Source: Oscillospiraceae bacterium (GTDB lineage Bacteria; Bacillota; Clostridia; Oscillospirales; UBA929). From it: a stretch of DNA of 53,815 nucleotides. The stretch covers positions 1-53,815 of the forward strand of contig JAIRUE010000024.1 in the NCBI GenBank assembly GCA_031254575.1. Direction: 5' to 3'. The translations under genes and the position numbers were made by a program. The stretch's first letter is position 1, and every line of letters begins with the position of its first letter. Under the pieces are notes generated by a model. That model ran no database searches and was not told where the DNA came from. It worked only from the letters and a program-made list of their open reading frames with translations. Below are positions 45,210 to 53,815 of the stretch, piece by piece.

Positions 45210-46981
45210 ACCGCCAACTCCTCCTCCGAAAGCTGTGACATGGCGATCTCTTTATAGACCCCGCACGTCTCCAGCAGTTCTTTATGCGTGCCGATACCGG
45301 CCACCCTGCCCTCGTCCAGCACGACGATGCGGTCGGCGTCCATGATGGTGCCGATGCGCTGGGCGACAATAAGGCTTGTCACGCCGGACGTCTCTTTCTT
45401 CAGCGCGCCGCGCAGGGTGCGGTCGGTCTTGTAGTCCAGCGCGGAGAAACTGTCGTCGAAGATGTATATCTCCGGCTCGCGGCAGATGGCGCGGGCGATG
45501 GCGAGGCGCTGTTTCTGCCCGCCGGACACGTTCGTCCCGCCCTGGGCGACTTCCGCGCCGTACGCCCCCTCCATCTTCTCCACAAACTCCGTGCCCTGCG
45601 CGACGGCGACGGCCCGTTTGACCTCGTCCTCCCCGTACGTCCCCCTGGCGCCGTCGCCGTACGCCACGTTGGAGAACACCGTCCCCTTGAACAGCACCGC
45701 CCTCTGCGGCACATACCCGATTTTGTTGTACAGAGCCTCCAGCCCGTACTCCTTTACGTCCAGGCCGTCGATCAGCACCATTCCCTCCGTCGCGTCGAAA
45801 AAGCGCGGCACGAGGTTTATCAGCGTGGACTTCCCGCTGCCGGTGGAGCCGATAAACGCCACCGTCTCGCCCTGCTTTGCCCGGAAACTGACGTCCTGCA
45901 GCACATAGTCCGCCGCGCCGGGGTACTTGAAGCTGACACCGCGGAACTCGACCTCGCCGCGCAGTCCCGGCAATCCTTCCGCCGCCGTCCCCTCGGCGAT
46001 GGCCGCCTCCGTCTCCAGCACCTCGTTGATACGCCTTGCCGAGACGCCGGCCCGCGGGAGCAGGATGAAGATCATGGCCAGCATCATGAACGACATGATG
46101 ACCTGCATGGCGTAGTTTGAGAAGGTGACCATATTGGGAAAGAGGACGTCGGTGATTTCCAGCAGGCCGCCGGGCAGTTCCACCCGGTTGATCAGCCCCG
46201 CGCCGATCCAGTAGATCACAAGGTTTATGCCGCCCATCACGACGGACATCACCGGCATCATTATGCTCATCGCGCGGCCGGTAAACAGCTGCGTTCCGGT
46301 CAGCTCCGCGTTGGCCGCCTCAAATTTCCGCCCCTGATACGCCTCGGCGTTATAGGCGCGGATCACGCGGAGGCCGGTCAGGCTGTCGCGCGTCACGCGG
46401 GTGAGGTTGTCGGTCAGCGTCTGCATCCTTCGGAATTTCGGCACGACAAAGACCATGACGAACAGGCATGTGGCCAGCATGATCACGATGGCGGCAGCCG
46501 TCGCAAGCGACCACTCATACCCCTTGCCGATGATCTTTGTAATGGCCCAGCCGGCCGTGATCGGGGCCTTGATCAGGATCTGCAGCCCCATTACGATCAG
46601 CATCTGCACGTGCGTGACGTCATTGGTGGAACGGGTGATCAGGCTGGAGGTGGAAAAGCGGTTGATCTCCTCCATCGAAAAAGACTCCACCTTATGAAAC
46701 AGCAGGCTGCGCAAACGCATCGAAAACGACGCCGCGATACGCGCCGCGAAAAATCCGACGGTGACGGCGGAGACGACGCTGCCCAGCGCGCACAGCAGCA
46801 TAAGGCCGCCGTTCAGCCAGATGGCGCGCATCTCGCTGCCGGGCGTCTGCACCAACTGGGTTATCTCCCCCATATAGTCCGGCAGTTTGAGGTCGAGCCA
46901 GACCTGCGCCACAATAAACGCGACGCTGATCAGCGCCTGCGCCCATTCCTTGCCGCTCAGGCGCCTCAGAATTTTTGTCAT
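45206..46981 (-). CDS. ABC exporter half-transporter, subunit A (degenerate site)
   Basis: GSTGSGKS, VSGGQKQRL, IFDDSFSALD, VAQR; heterodimeric exporter pattern. Confidence 0.93.
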   Translation of the reverse strand: MTKILRRLSGKEWAQALISVAFIVAQVWLDLKLPDYMGEITQLVQTPGSEMRAIWLNGGLMLLCALGSVVSAVTVGFFAARIAASFSMRLRSLLFHKVESFSMEEINRFSTSSLITRSTNDVTHVQMLIVMGLQILIKAPITAGWAITKIIGKGYEWSLATAAAIVIMLATCLFVMVFVVPKFRRMQTLTDNLTRVTRDSLTGLRVIRAYNAEAYQGRKFEAANAELTGTQLFTGRAMSIMMPVMSVVMGGINLVIYWIGAGLINRVELPGGLLEITDVLFPNMVTFSNYAMQVIMSFMMLAMIFILLPRAGVSARRINEVLETEAAIAEGTAAEGLPGLRGEVEFRGVSFKYPGAADYVLQDVSFRAKQGETVAFIGSTGSGKSTLINLVPRFFDATEGMVLIDGLDVKEYGLEALYNKIGYVPQRAVLFKGTVFSNVAYGDGARGTYGEDEVKRAVAVAQGTEFVEKMEGAYGAEVAQGGTNVSGGQKQRLAIARAICREPEIYIFDDSFSALDYKTDRTLRGALKKETSGVTSLIVAQRIGTIMDADRIVVLDEGRVAGIGTHKELLETCGVYKEIAMSQLSEEELAV

Positions 46982-47016
46982 CAGTTTCCCTCCGATTCGT
47001 CCCAATTAAATCCGCT

Positions 47017-47057
47017 AACACTGTTAGTAATATAACAGTGTTGACGGCCGTTGTCAA
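47017..47057 (-). promoter_or_regulatory. ABC operon promoter with overlapping palindromic operator
   Basis: TTGACA-17-TATATT on the minus strand; AACACTGTTA-N6-TAACAGTGTT (47017-47042). Confidence 0.7.
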
Positions 47058-47149
47058 GGTATTTTTTTGTAGACGCGCGTTTTTTTATCCTGTATAATGG
47101 ACGGGCGCCCCGCGCCGCGGCTCCGGCGCTTTTTTACGGGAGGACGACC

Positions 47150-47701
47150 ATGCGCATTGAAACGACGCGGCTTGTGCTGTTTCCGATGACGGAGCAAAAC
47201 CTGAAAGACGCGGAGCTGGACCTCTCCGCCGTCGCGCGCCGCTACGGCGCGTCCATGCCCCATATCGGCTTTTGGGAAATGCGCGCCAAGCGCCGCATCT
47301 ACCGGGCCAAGACCGGGATTATCCTCCAGAATCCGCGCGCGTGGCTGCTCTCCACCGCGTGGCTCATCGTTGAGAGGGACAGCGGCGTGGCGGTGGGGGA
47401 GGCGGGGTTCAAAGGCCCCCCGGCGGCCCGGCATACGGTGGAGATCGGCTACGGGGTTTTGGAGGACTACCGCTGCCGCGGATATATGACAGAGGCGCTC
47501 GGCGCGCTCACGCGGTTCGCGTTTTTCCAGCGGGACTACCGCGTGGAGCGCGTGACGGCGCTGACGCTGCCCGGCAACACCGCCTCGCACAGGGTTTTGG
47601 AGAAGAACGGCTTTGCCCGCCGGCCGTCGTTTGGAAAATACTGGCTGTGGGAGCGGCTCAGGCGGCCGGAGGACACGCCGGAGGGGCTCCTATTCCCATG
47701 A
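47150..47701 (+). CDS. RimJ/RimL-type GNAT acetyltransferase
   Basis: IETTRLVL, VEIGYG, YRCRGYMTEA, NTASHRVLEKNGF. Confidence 0.9.
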   Translation: MRIETTRLVLFPMTEQNLKDAELDLSAVARRYGASMPHIGFWEMRAKRRIYRAKTGIILQNPRAWLLSTAWLIVERDSGVAVGEAGFKGPPAARHTVEIGYGVLEDYRCRGYMTEALGALTRFAFFQRDYRVERVTALTLPGNTASHRVLEKNGFARRPSFGKYWLWERLRRPEDTPEGLLFP

Positions 47702-47783
47702 GGCCCGAGCGGGGGGCCTGCGCTGAAAACGGCTTGCGTTTACATCCTTGACGCTCGCACGCTTTTCGCCCTTATAAAGGCGG

Positions 47784-47885
47784 GATTCGCCCCGCGCGGC
47801 CGCGCGGGGCTTTTGCTCTTGCAGCTAAAGACGGAATACGCGCGCAATACCGATTCGCCCCGCGCGGCCGCGCGGGGCTTTTGCT
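47784..47885. repeat. two identical 34-bp palindromic units separated by 34 bp
   Basis: GATTCGCCCCGCGCGGCCGCGCGGGGCTTTTGCT at 47784-47817 and 47852-47885. Confidence 0.9.
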
Positions 47886-47966
47886 TGTGAAAAGACACTT
47901 GACGGCGTTCCGGAACACAGTTTGTCGAGAAAAAACGATATTTTTTCTCTGCGGGTTCATGTTGGC

Positions 47967-47995
47967 TTGAATCTGCGGGCCAACCGTGCTATACT
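47967..47995 (+). promoter_or_regulatory. promoter of the NYN gene
   Basis: TTGAAT-17-TATACT with extended -10 TG. Confidence 0.5.
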
Positions 47996-48110
47996 GTCTA
48001 AAGGAAGTGAAAGATATGTCCGGAGGGGAGAGTTTTTCATGTAGCATATAGGTAATTATAATCTTAATCGCTCCACGGCACACAAGATTTTTATTGAAAG
48101 GATTGACATT

Positions 48111-48893
48111 GTGAAAATTGAGTTCAAGGCACTAAAACCGCCGCCCGGCACGGGCGAACTCGCCAACACAATTGTATTTATCGACTACGAATACCTATAC
48201 ATCAGCTTTATGAAGCAATACTCCTGTCCACCTATGCTTGATGAGATATGTGACGAAATAAAGCAACACGGAAAGGTCGCAAAGATTTATGTATTCGGTG
48301 ACTTTACAAAGCCCGAATTGAGCCAGGAACGAAACCGCGTCAGAACAGTCACAAGCAACATCATTGACTGTGGAAACGAAAGCACGATAAACAGGAAAGA
48401 CTTTACAGATTTTATTATGCTCGACCACATTTATCAGGAGTTAATACAGAATCCGGCAGTTGAACAATTCGTTTTTTTTACCGGCGACGGTCATTTTGCG
48501 TCGTCAGCAACATTCCTGCGTAACTTTATGGAAAAAACAGTCGGCGTATATGGGATAGCGGGGACGTTAAGCCGCCAGCTTTGCAACTGCTCGTCTTGGA
48601 CGAAAGAGTTGCACGCGATTGACGGGGATGAACTTGAATATCAAACCAACCTGTTAAAAAATCTACATAACGCGGAGAGCAAAGGGGCAATCGCCACCTT
48701 TATGAAAACGATAGAGTTCACCATCAGGAGCTATGGGGGCGACCAATACCGGTATGAGCAGATACTAAGAGACCTGATAGAGCAAGGCTACGTCAACAAT
48801 GCCCTGTGTACCTTGTTCCCTGAACGCGGCGAGTTTAGAATGCTCACCGTGAATTGGGAACGTGTGAAGAAAGAACTTGCGCCTGCGATATAA
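48111..48893 (+). CDS. NYN (LabA/DUF88, PIN-like) domain protein
   Basis: VFIDYE, VFGDF, KDFTDFIMLD, FFTGDGHF, KTVGVYG; AT-richer. Confidence 0.85.
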   Translation: MKIEFKALKPPPGTGELANTIVFIDYEYLYISFMKQYSCPPMLDEICDEIKQHGKVAKIYVFGDFTKPELSQERNRVRTVTSNIIDCGNESTINRKDFTDFIMLDHIYQELIQNPAVEQFVFFTGDGHFASSATFLRNFMEKTVGVYGIAGTLSRQLCNCSSWTKELHAIDGDELEYQTNLLKNLHNAESKGAIATFMKTIEFTIRSYGGDQYRYEQILRDLIEQGYVNNALCTLFPERGEFRMLTVNWERVKKELAPAI

Positions 48894-49034
48894 ACAATGA
48901 GCCTGTTACTGTTGCATATGCATGGGGGAAATAAGGCGCCCTTTATATGAACAAACCGTGAATAATTTCCAATCACGGGATATTCCCTCGGCTTTGGCAG
49001 AAACTACTGCCAAAACGTCAAGGAGGTCTTTCCC

Positions 49035-50297
49035 GTGAAACGCCATACGCCAAAAGTAGCGCTGTTAATGGTTTTTGCCATGCTTGCGGCGCTGTGCGCC
49101 CCGCAGGTCATGGGGGCGCCCATCTCCAAAACGGGCGACCGGAGCATCCACTTCACCCGGGCCGACTTCACCTCCGTCCTGGAAACCGACGGCCGCCAAC
49201 TGGCCGGCATCGTGCTCACCGAACTGCCCGAAAACGGCTTTCTGACTTACGCGGGGCGCGTCCTGTACGAAGGGGAGGCGGTCACGGCCGAAACGCTGGG
49301 CGCGCTGAGCTATACCCCCTCGGCAGCCGGGAACAGGACCGAGAGCTTCCGGTTCCTGCCCGTCTATCAGGACGGCGGCGTTGAGGAGGCGGTGACGGTC
49401 TCGCTGACCATGCAGGCCGTTGACAACCGCGCCCCGATGGCGCAGGACGTCGAGGCCAAAACAATGAAAAACGTCTCCGTCACAGGGCTGTTCCACGCCG
49501 TTGACCCGGAGGGCGACGCGCTGACATTCCGGCTCACGTCCAAGCCGCGCCGCGGCGAGGTGGAAGTCCTGCCGGACGGACGCTTCGTCTACACCCCGTT
49601 CCGCAACAAGAGCGGTTCGGACACGTTCGCCTACGTCGCCGTAGACGCCTACGGCAACGTCTCCAAAGAGGCCCGGATACGCCTCACGATCGAAAAGCCC
49701 TCCACCAAGACGACTTACGCCGATATGGACGGGCACCCCGCGCAATACGCCGCGCTGCGCCTGTGCGGCGAGGGCGTCTACACCGGGCGGCAGATCTGCG
49801 GGCATTACTACTTTAACCCCGGCGAGCCCGTCAGCCGCGCCGAGATGATCACGATGGTCGTCCGCGCGATCGGGCTGGACACCGTCCCCGTCTCCACGAC
49901 AGGCTTTTATGACGACGCGCTGCTGCCCGACTGGTTCAAACCTTACGCGCAGGCCGCGTTCAAGGCGGGCGTCATCTCCGGCGTGCGCGCCCCCGACGGG
50001 CGTACCGTCCTGAACGCCCACGAGACCGTGACGCTCAGCCAGGCCGCCGCCATGCTCAACAAAGCCCTCCGCCCGGCGGCGGCAGAGCTCCTGTACGACA
50101 GCGGCGCCGTCCCCGCCTGGTCGGCCCAGGCCATCGCCAACCTGGACGCGGCGGGGATCCTGGACGACGTGTCCGTGTCCGCCGGCGACCGCCCGCTGAA
50201 CCGGGGCGAGGTGGCCATGCTGCTGGTGCGCGCGATGGACGCCTACAGCGTTACGCGCGAAAAGAGCGGGCTGTTGAGCTGGGTGTTCGGCTGGTAA
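49035..50297 (+). CDS. secreted Ig-like (Big_9/cadherin-like) plus S-layer homology domain protein
   Basis: Signal peptide; DNRAP...DPEGDALTF...DGRFVYTP...DTFAY; three SLH-like repeats (SRAEM, TLSQAA, NRGEVA). Confidence 0.85.
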   Translation: MKRHTPKVALLMVFAMLAALCAPQVMGAPISKTGDRSIHFTRADFTSVLETDGRQLAGIVLTELPENGFLTYAGRVLYEGEAVTAETLGALSYTPSAAGNRTESFRFLPVYQDGGVEEAVTVSLTMQAVDNRAPMAQDVEAKTMKNVSVTGLFHAVDPEGDALTFRLTSKPRRGEVEVLPDGRFVYTPFRNKSGSDTFAYVAVDAYGNVSKEARIRLTIEKPSTKTTYADMDGHPAQYAALRLCGEGVYTGRQICGHYYFNPGEPVSRAEMITMVVRAIGLDTVPVSTTGFYDDALLPDWFKPYAQAAFKAGVISGVRAPDGRTVLNAHETVTLSQAAAMLNKALRPAAAELLYDSGAVPAWSAQAIANLDAAGILDDVSVSAGDRPLNRGEVAMLLVRAMDAYSVTREKSGLLSWVFGW

Positions 50298-50321
50298 GGC
50301 CGTCCCTGACCCATAAAAATG

Positions 50322-50349
50322 ATCCCCCGTCCGGAAGGACGGGGGATTT
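50322..50349. terminator. terminator hairpin between the SLH gene and rpsT
   Basis: ATCCCCCGTCC-ggaa-GGACGGGGGAT. Confidence 0.7.
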
Positions 50350-50400
50350 GCCATGTCTGTCCGCCGTACGCCAGGCTCACGCCCGGCGCCGAAGCGGGTG

Positions 50401-50664
50401 CTACACGATTTTTTTCAGCCCTCTGGCCAGACGGCTCTTGCGCCGGGCGGCCGTGTTTTTATGGAGCAGGCCCTTCGAGACGGACTGGTCGATGACCTTC
50501 TGCGCGTCCTTATAGGCGGCCCCGGCTGCCTGCGCCTCCCCGTCGGCCGTAAGCGCGTCCACCTTTTTGATGAGTGTTTTCATCCGGGACTTTGCCATAC
50601 GGTTCTGCGCCGTTTTGTGGGCTATGACCGACACCCGCTTCTTGGCGGACTTTATATTCGGCAA
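50401..50664 (-). CDS. rpsT: 30S ribosomal protein S20
   Basis: TTG start; PNIKSAKKR...KGLLHKNTAARRKSRL; promoter TTGCAT-17-TATACT at 50714-50742. Confidence 0.96.
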   Translation of the reverse strand: MPNIKSAKKRVSVIAHKTAQNRMAKSRMKTLIKKVDALTADGEAQAAGAAYKDAQKVIDQSVSKGLLHKNTAARRKSRLARGLKKIV

Positions 50665-50811
50665 GCCTACCACCCCCCTTTTCCGTCTATTCGCACCAAA
50701 CGGTGCGGGGATCAGTATACCACAGGCGCGGACGGAATGCAAGCGTTTTCTTCAATCCTCATATATTTTCCATCTATTACAGATTACAAAATGTATTTCG
50801 GCCAGCCGGCG

Positions 50812-51177
50812 TCAGGCCTTACTATACATAGCGTTATATTTCGCCTCCAGCTCCACCAGCTTCAGCCCCGTTTCCGACCACTCCCTCTTGGCCTCCTGCA
50901 AACACGCCTCAAACGAGGGATCGCCGTCCTCCAGCATCCTGCCCAGCCTTGTCAGGCGGTCCGTCGGGGAAGGCTCCGGAAAGGCCGCGTCGGACAGGAA
51001 CGCGCCGGGCGGCATCCCCATCGCGCCGGCGAGGTATTCCAGCGTGCGGACCGACGGCGTGGCGGCGTCGTTTTCGATCTTGCTGAGCATGTTGCGCGTG
51101 ATATAGTCGCCCACCAGTTCCTGCTGCGTCATCTGGCGGCCCAGCCGGGCCTCGCGGATACGCTGGCCTATCGTCAT
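50812..51177 (-). CDS. XRE-family HTH regulator
   Basis: IGQRIREAR...MTQQEL...ITRNMLSKIEN..ATPS. Confidence 0.88.
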   Translation of the reverse strand: MTIGQRIREARLGRQMTQQELVGDYITRNMLSKIENDAATPSVRTLEYLAGAMGMPPGAFLSDAAFPEPSPTDRLTRLGRMLEDGDPSFEACLQEAKREWSETGLKLVELEAKYNAMYSKA

Positions 51178-51203
51178 AGGAGAGCTCCCCTTCCCGCCAT
51201 TTG

Positions 51204-51292
51204 GTAAACTATATTTACTATACCACGGGAAAAAAATAAAATCAACCCTTGACAGCAACTTTTTCCGCCGTTATACTGTAAATATGATTTAC
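51204..51292. promoter_or_regulatory. divergent control region with two GTAAA-N5-TTTAC operators and the nfeD promoter
   Basis: GTAAACTATATTTAC(51204-51218), GTAAATATGATTTAC(51278-51292); TTGACA(51249)-17-TATACT(51272). Confidence 0.65.
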
Positions 51293-51311
51293 TGTAAGGA
51301 GGCGGACGGGT

Positions 51312-51947
51312 ATGACGGCATGGTGGGAAAGCATCGGGACCCTTGAACAGGTTTTCTTTATCGTCGCGGCGCCCGCGACCCTCATCATCGCCCTTCAAAC
51401 GCTTCTCCTGATCTTCGGCGGGGGGATGGGCGCGCCCGACTCCGGCCTTGACAGCGACGTATCCGGCATCGGGGACGACCTTGACATCCCGGGCGGCGTC
51501 GATTTCGACGGCTCCGACCCCGCCATCGAACACTTTGACGCCGACGGGCTGCGCCTTTTTTCGGTGCGCGGGATCATGGCTTTCCTCACCGTATTCGGCT
51601 GGAGCGGCGTGGTGCTGCTCGAAACGGGCGTCACGCCCGCCGTGTCGGTCGTTATCGCCTTTTTGCTGGGCGCGGCCGCGCTGTTTGGCATGGCCCTTCT
51701 CATCCGCAGCCTGATGCGGCTACAGGAGAGCGGCAACGCCGATTACCGCCGCGCCCTCGGCAAGACGGCCCGCGTCTACCTGACGATACCGCCCGCCGGG
51801 CAGGGGCAGGGTAAGATCAACCTCATGCTGGGTGAGGCGCTGGGCGAATTCTGGGCCGTCACCGACGGCAAGGAGCCCATCCCCACCGGCGCGTCCGTCC
51901 GCGTCGTCGATCTGGCGGCGGGGGTCTATACGGTGGAGCGGGATTAA
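51312..51947 (+). CDS. NfeD-like membrane protein
   Basis: TM helices; C-terminal OB-like LGKTARVYLTIP...G.GKI...IPTGASVRVV; adjacent to flotillin. Confidence 0.85.
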   Translation: MTAWWESIGTLEQVFFIVAAPATLIIALQTLLLIFGGGMGAPDSGLDSDVSGIGDDLDIPGGVDFDGSDPAIEHFDADGLRLFSVRGIMAFLTVFGWSGVVLLETGVTPAVSVVIAFLLGAAALFGMALLIRSLMRLQESGNADYRRALGKTARVYLTIPPAGQGQGKINLMLGEALGEFWAVTDGKEPIPTGASVRVVDLAAGVYTVERD

Positions 51948-51973
51948 CCATCAATAAAAGGAGGTACACCGCC

Positions 51974-53437
51974 ATGCCCATCCTGACCGCGCTCAACGGA
52001 CCCTATGTCATCGCGCTGATCCTCGTCATCGTGTTCGTTTTCTTCGGGGCGATGCTCGCCATCCTGTCGCGCTACCGCAAGTGCCCCTCCGACAAGATCC
52101 TCGTCATCTACGGCAAGGTCGGGCAGGGTGCCGACGGTTCGGCCCGCTCGGCTAAATGCATCCACGGCGGCGCGGCGTTCATCTGGCCGGTCATCCAGAG
52201 CTACCAGTATCTCGACCTGACGCCCATTTCCATCAACGTCGACCTGCGCAACGCCCTTTCCCGCCAAAATATCCGCATCGACGTACCCAGCCGCTTCACC
52301 GTCGGCATTTCCACCGAGCACGGCATCATCCAGAACGCCGCCGAGCGCCTGATGGGCCTGAAGCTCAACGAGGTGCAGGAGCTGGCGAAGGACATCCTGT
52401 TCGGGCAGCTGCGCCTTGTCATCGCCACAATGGACATCGAGGAGATCAACACCAACCGCGACAAGTTCCTCGAGGCGGTCGCGCTCAACGTGGAGGTCGA
52501 GCTGAAAAAAATCGGCCTGCGCCTCATCAACGTCAACGTCACCGACATCTCCGACGAATCGGGCTATATCGAGGCGCTGGGCAAGGAAGCGGCGGCGCAG
52601 GCCATCAACGACGCCAAGCGCAGCGTCGCCGAGAAGGACCGCGACGGCACCATCGGCGAGGCCAACGCCGTCCGCGATCAAAGGATCGCCGTCAGCCTGG
52701 CGAACTCCGAGGCGGTCAAAGGCGAAAACACCGCGAAGATCGAGGTCGCCGATTCCGACGCCCTGCGCCGCGAGCGCGAGGCCGAGGCCACCCGCCGCGC
52801 CACCGCCGCCGAAAAGGTGCAGTCGGCCAAGGCGCTGGAGGAAGCCTACGCCGCCGAGCAGGCCGCCGAACAGGCCCGTTACGCCCGCGAACAGGCGACC
52901 ATGCAGGCCGACGTCATCGTCCGGGCCGAAATCGATAAACGCACCGTCGAAATCGCCGCCGAAGCGGACGCGGAGCAGATACGCCGCCGCGCGAAAGGCG
53001 AGGCCGACGGCATCTTCGTCAAAATGGAGGCGCAGGCGCGCGGCACGGAGGAGATCCTCACCCGCCAGGCCGCCGGTTTGCGCAAAATCGTCGAGGCAGC
53101 CGGAGGCAGCCTGGACGGCGCGGTGCGCATGATGATCACCGACAAGCTCGAAGACCTCGTCAAACTTCAGGTCGAAGCGGTCAGCGGGCTGAAAATCGAC
53201 AAGGTCACCGTCTGGGACGGCGCGGGCGGCGGCGACGGCAAGTCCGCCACCGCGGGGTTTCTGTCCGGCCTGCTGAAAAGCCTGCCGCCGCTGAACGACG
53301 TGTATAAAATGGCGGGGCTGGAATTGCCGGAGCCGCTGGCGGTGGAACCGAAAGCGCCGCCGGCGGGCCCGGATACGGAGCCGAAAGCCGCAGCCGCGGA
53401 ACCGAAAACACAGGACGCGGCGCAAACCGCTTCCTGA
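51974..53437 (+). CDS. flotillin-family (SPFH/band 7) protein
   Basis: N-terminal TM; GAAFIWPVIQ, AAERL, GQLRLVIATM, DISDESGY; EA-rich coiled coil. Confidence 0.92.
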   Translation: MPILTALNGPYVIALILVIVFVFFGAMLAILSRYRKCPSDKILVIYGKVGQGADGSARSAKCIHGGAAFIWPVIQSYQYLDLTPISINVDLRNALSRQNIRIDVPSRFTVGISTEHGIIQNAAERLMGLKLNEVQELAKDILFGQLRLVIATMDIEEINTNRDKFLEAVALNVEVELKKIGLRLINVNVTDISDESGYIEALGKEAAAQAINDAKRSVAEKDRDGTIGEANAVRDQRIAVSLANSEAVKGENTAKIEVADSDALRREREAEATRRATAAEKVQSAKALEEAYAAEQAAEQARYAREQATMQADVIVRAEIDKRTVEIAAEADAEQIRRRAKGEADGIFVKMEAQARGTEEILTRQAAGLRKIVEAAGGSLDGAVRMMITDKLEDLVKLQVEAVSGLKIDKVTVWDGAGGGDGKSATAGFLSGLLKSLPPLNDVYKMAGLELPEPLAVEPKAPPAGPDTEPKAAAAEPKTQDAAQTAS

Positions 53438-53461
53438 CAATGCCTTGCGGACATAATAACA

Positions 53462-53487
53462 GGCCCCCGCCGGTCTTGGCGGGGGCC
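53462..53487. terminator. hairpin after flotillin
   Basis: GGCCCCCGCC-ggtctt-GGCGGGGGCC. Confidence 0.55.
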
Positions 53488-53694
53488 CGCGCGCGCCCGG
53501 GGGCGCCGCCCCGTCCGTTTGGCCGCGTCCCCCGCGCCGGCATACGCCGGGCGTTTAGGGGACGCCGGGACAGGTGCAATGTCCCGGCTTTTCCGCTCGC
53601 TCGGGCACAGGCAAAAAGGTAAAGCTGTGCCGCCGTTTCGCGGAGAGCGGACAACAGACAGGGCGGCGCCCCCGGGGATTAGGCTGTGTAAGGA

Positions 53695-53815
53695 TTAGGG
53701 AACTACAACTGTAATGGAACTGGTACTGGTTATTACGCCAATCGACTGTGGTGTGCTGGATCTGCCACCTGTAAGCGTACAGCCGACACCCACGGGACCT
53801 TCAAAGAATACTTCA
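53695..53815 (-). CDS. 3' end of a probable second major-pilin paralog (partial)
   Basis: Manual translation ...EVFFEGPVGVGCTLTGGRSSTPQSIGVITSTSSITVVVP* aligns with the PilA C-terminus DLYFQGSMCIGVSLTTGRSQNNPPIEIG...P*. Confidence 0.7.
   Translation of the reverse strand, partial: EVFFEGPVGVGCTLTGGRSSTPQSIGVITSTSSITVVVP

Noticed and set aside
53440-53690. Small ORFs or a tRNA in the GC-rich intergenic region
   Set aside because: The ORFs are low-complexity Arg/Pro/Ala frames without RBS, and there is no cloverleaf or T-loop consensus.

Overview
A GC-rich (about 60% by eye) chromosomal segment from a clostridial Firmicute. Oscillospiraceae-like affiliation is my inference from gene content. 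1-17 kb is mostly housekeeping and stress genes: a copA-like HMA fragment, HxlR, ddh, gdhA, a GH2 glycosidase, ilvE, DUF4430 plus an ECF S-component, thpR, a divergent ThyX-like gene, htrA, a Cache hybrid kinase, rubredoxin and a multidomain flavodiiron protein. 16.9-37 kb (minus strand) is a complete type IV pilus locus: pilB-pilT-pilA-pilD-pilC-pilMN-pilO, a giant 2832-aa pilin-headed GLUG-repeat adhesin, three minor pilins and a response regulator. The major pilin has an AT-richer insertion on each side: a DUF559 nuclease gene between 128/129-bp palindrome-rich direct repeats, and a PIN toxin-antitoxin-like pair. 37-43.4 kb holds a lipoprotein, an extended class B sortase, and three small secreted paralogs sharing a non-canonical (S/G)AKTGD sorting tail, plus an inverted orphan remnant of that tail. 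The remainder encodes an ABC exporter pair, GNAT, NYN, SLH protein, rpsT, XRE and NfeD-flotillin. The right edge contains the 3' end of a second pilin paralog missed by the ORF track. No rRNA, tRNA, true CRISPR array, integrase or transposase was recognised. All family calls come from motif recognition by eye; no searches were run.
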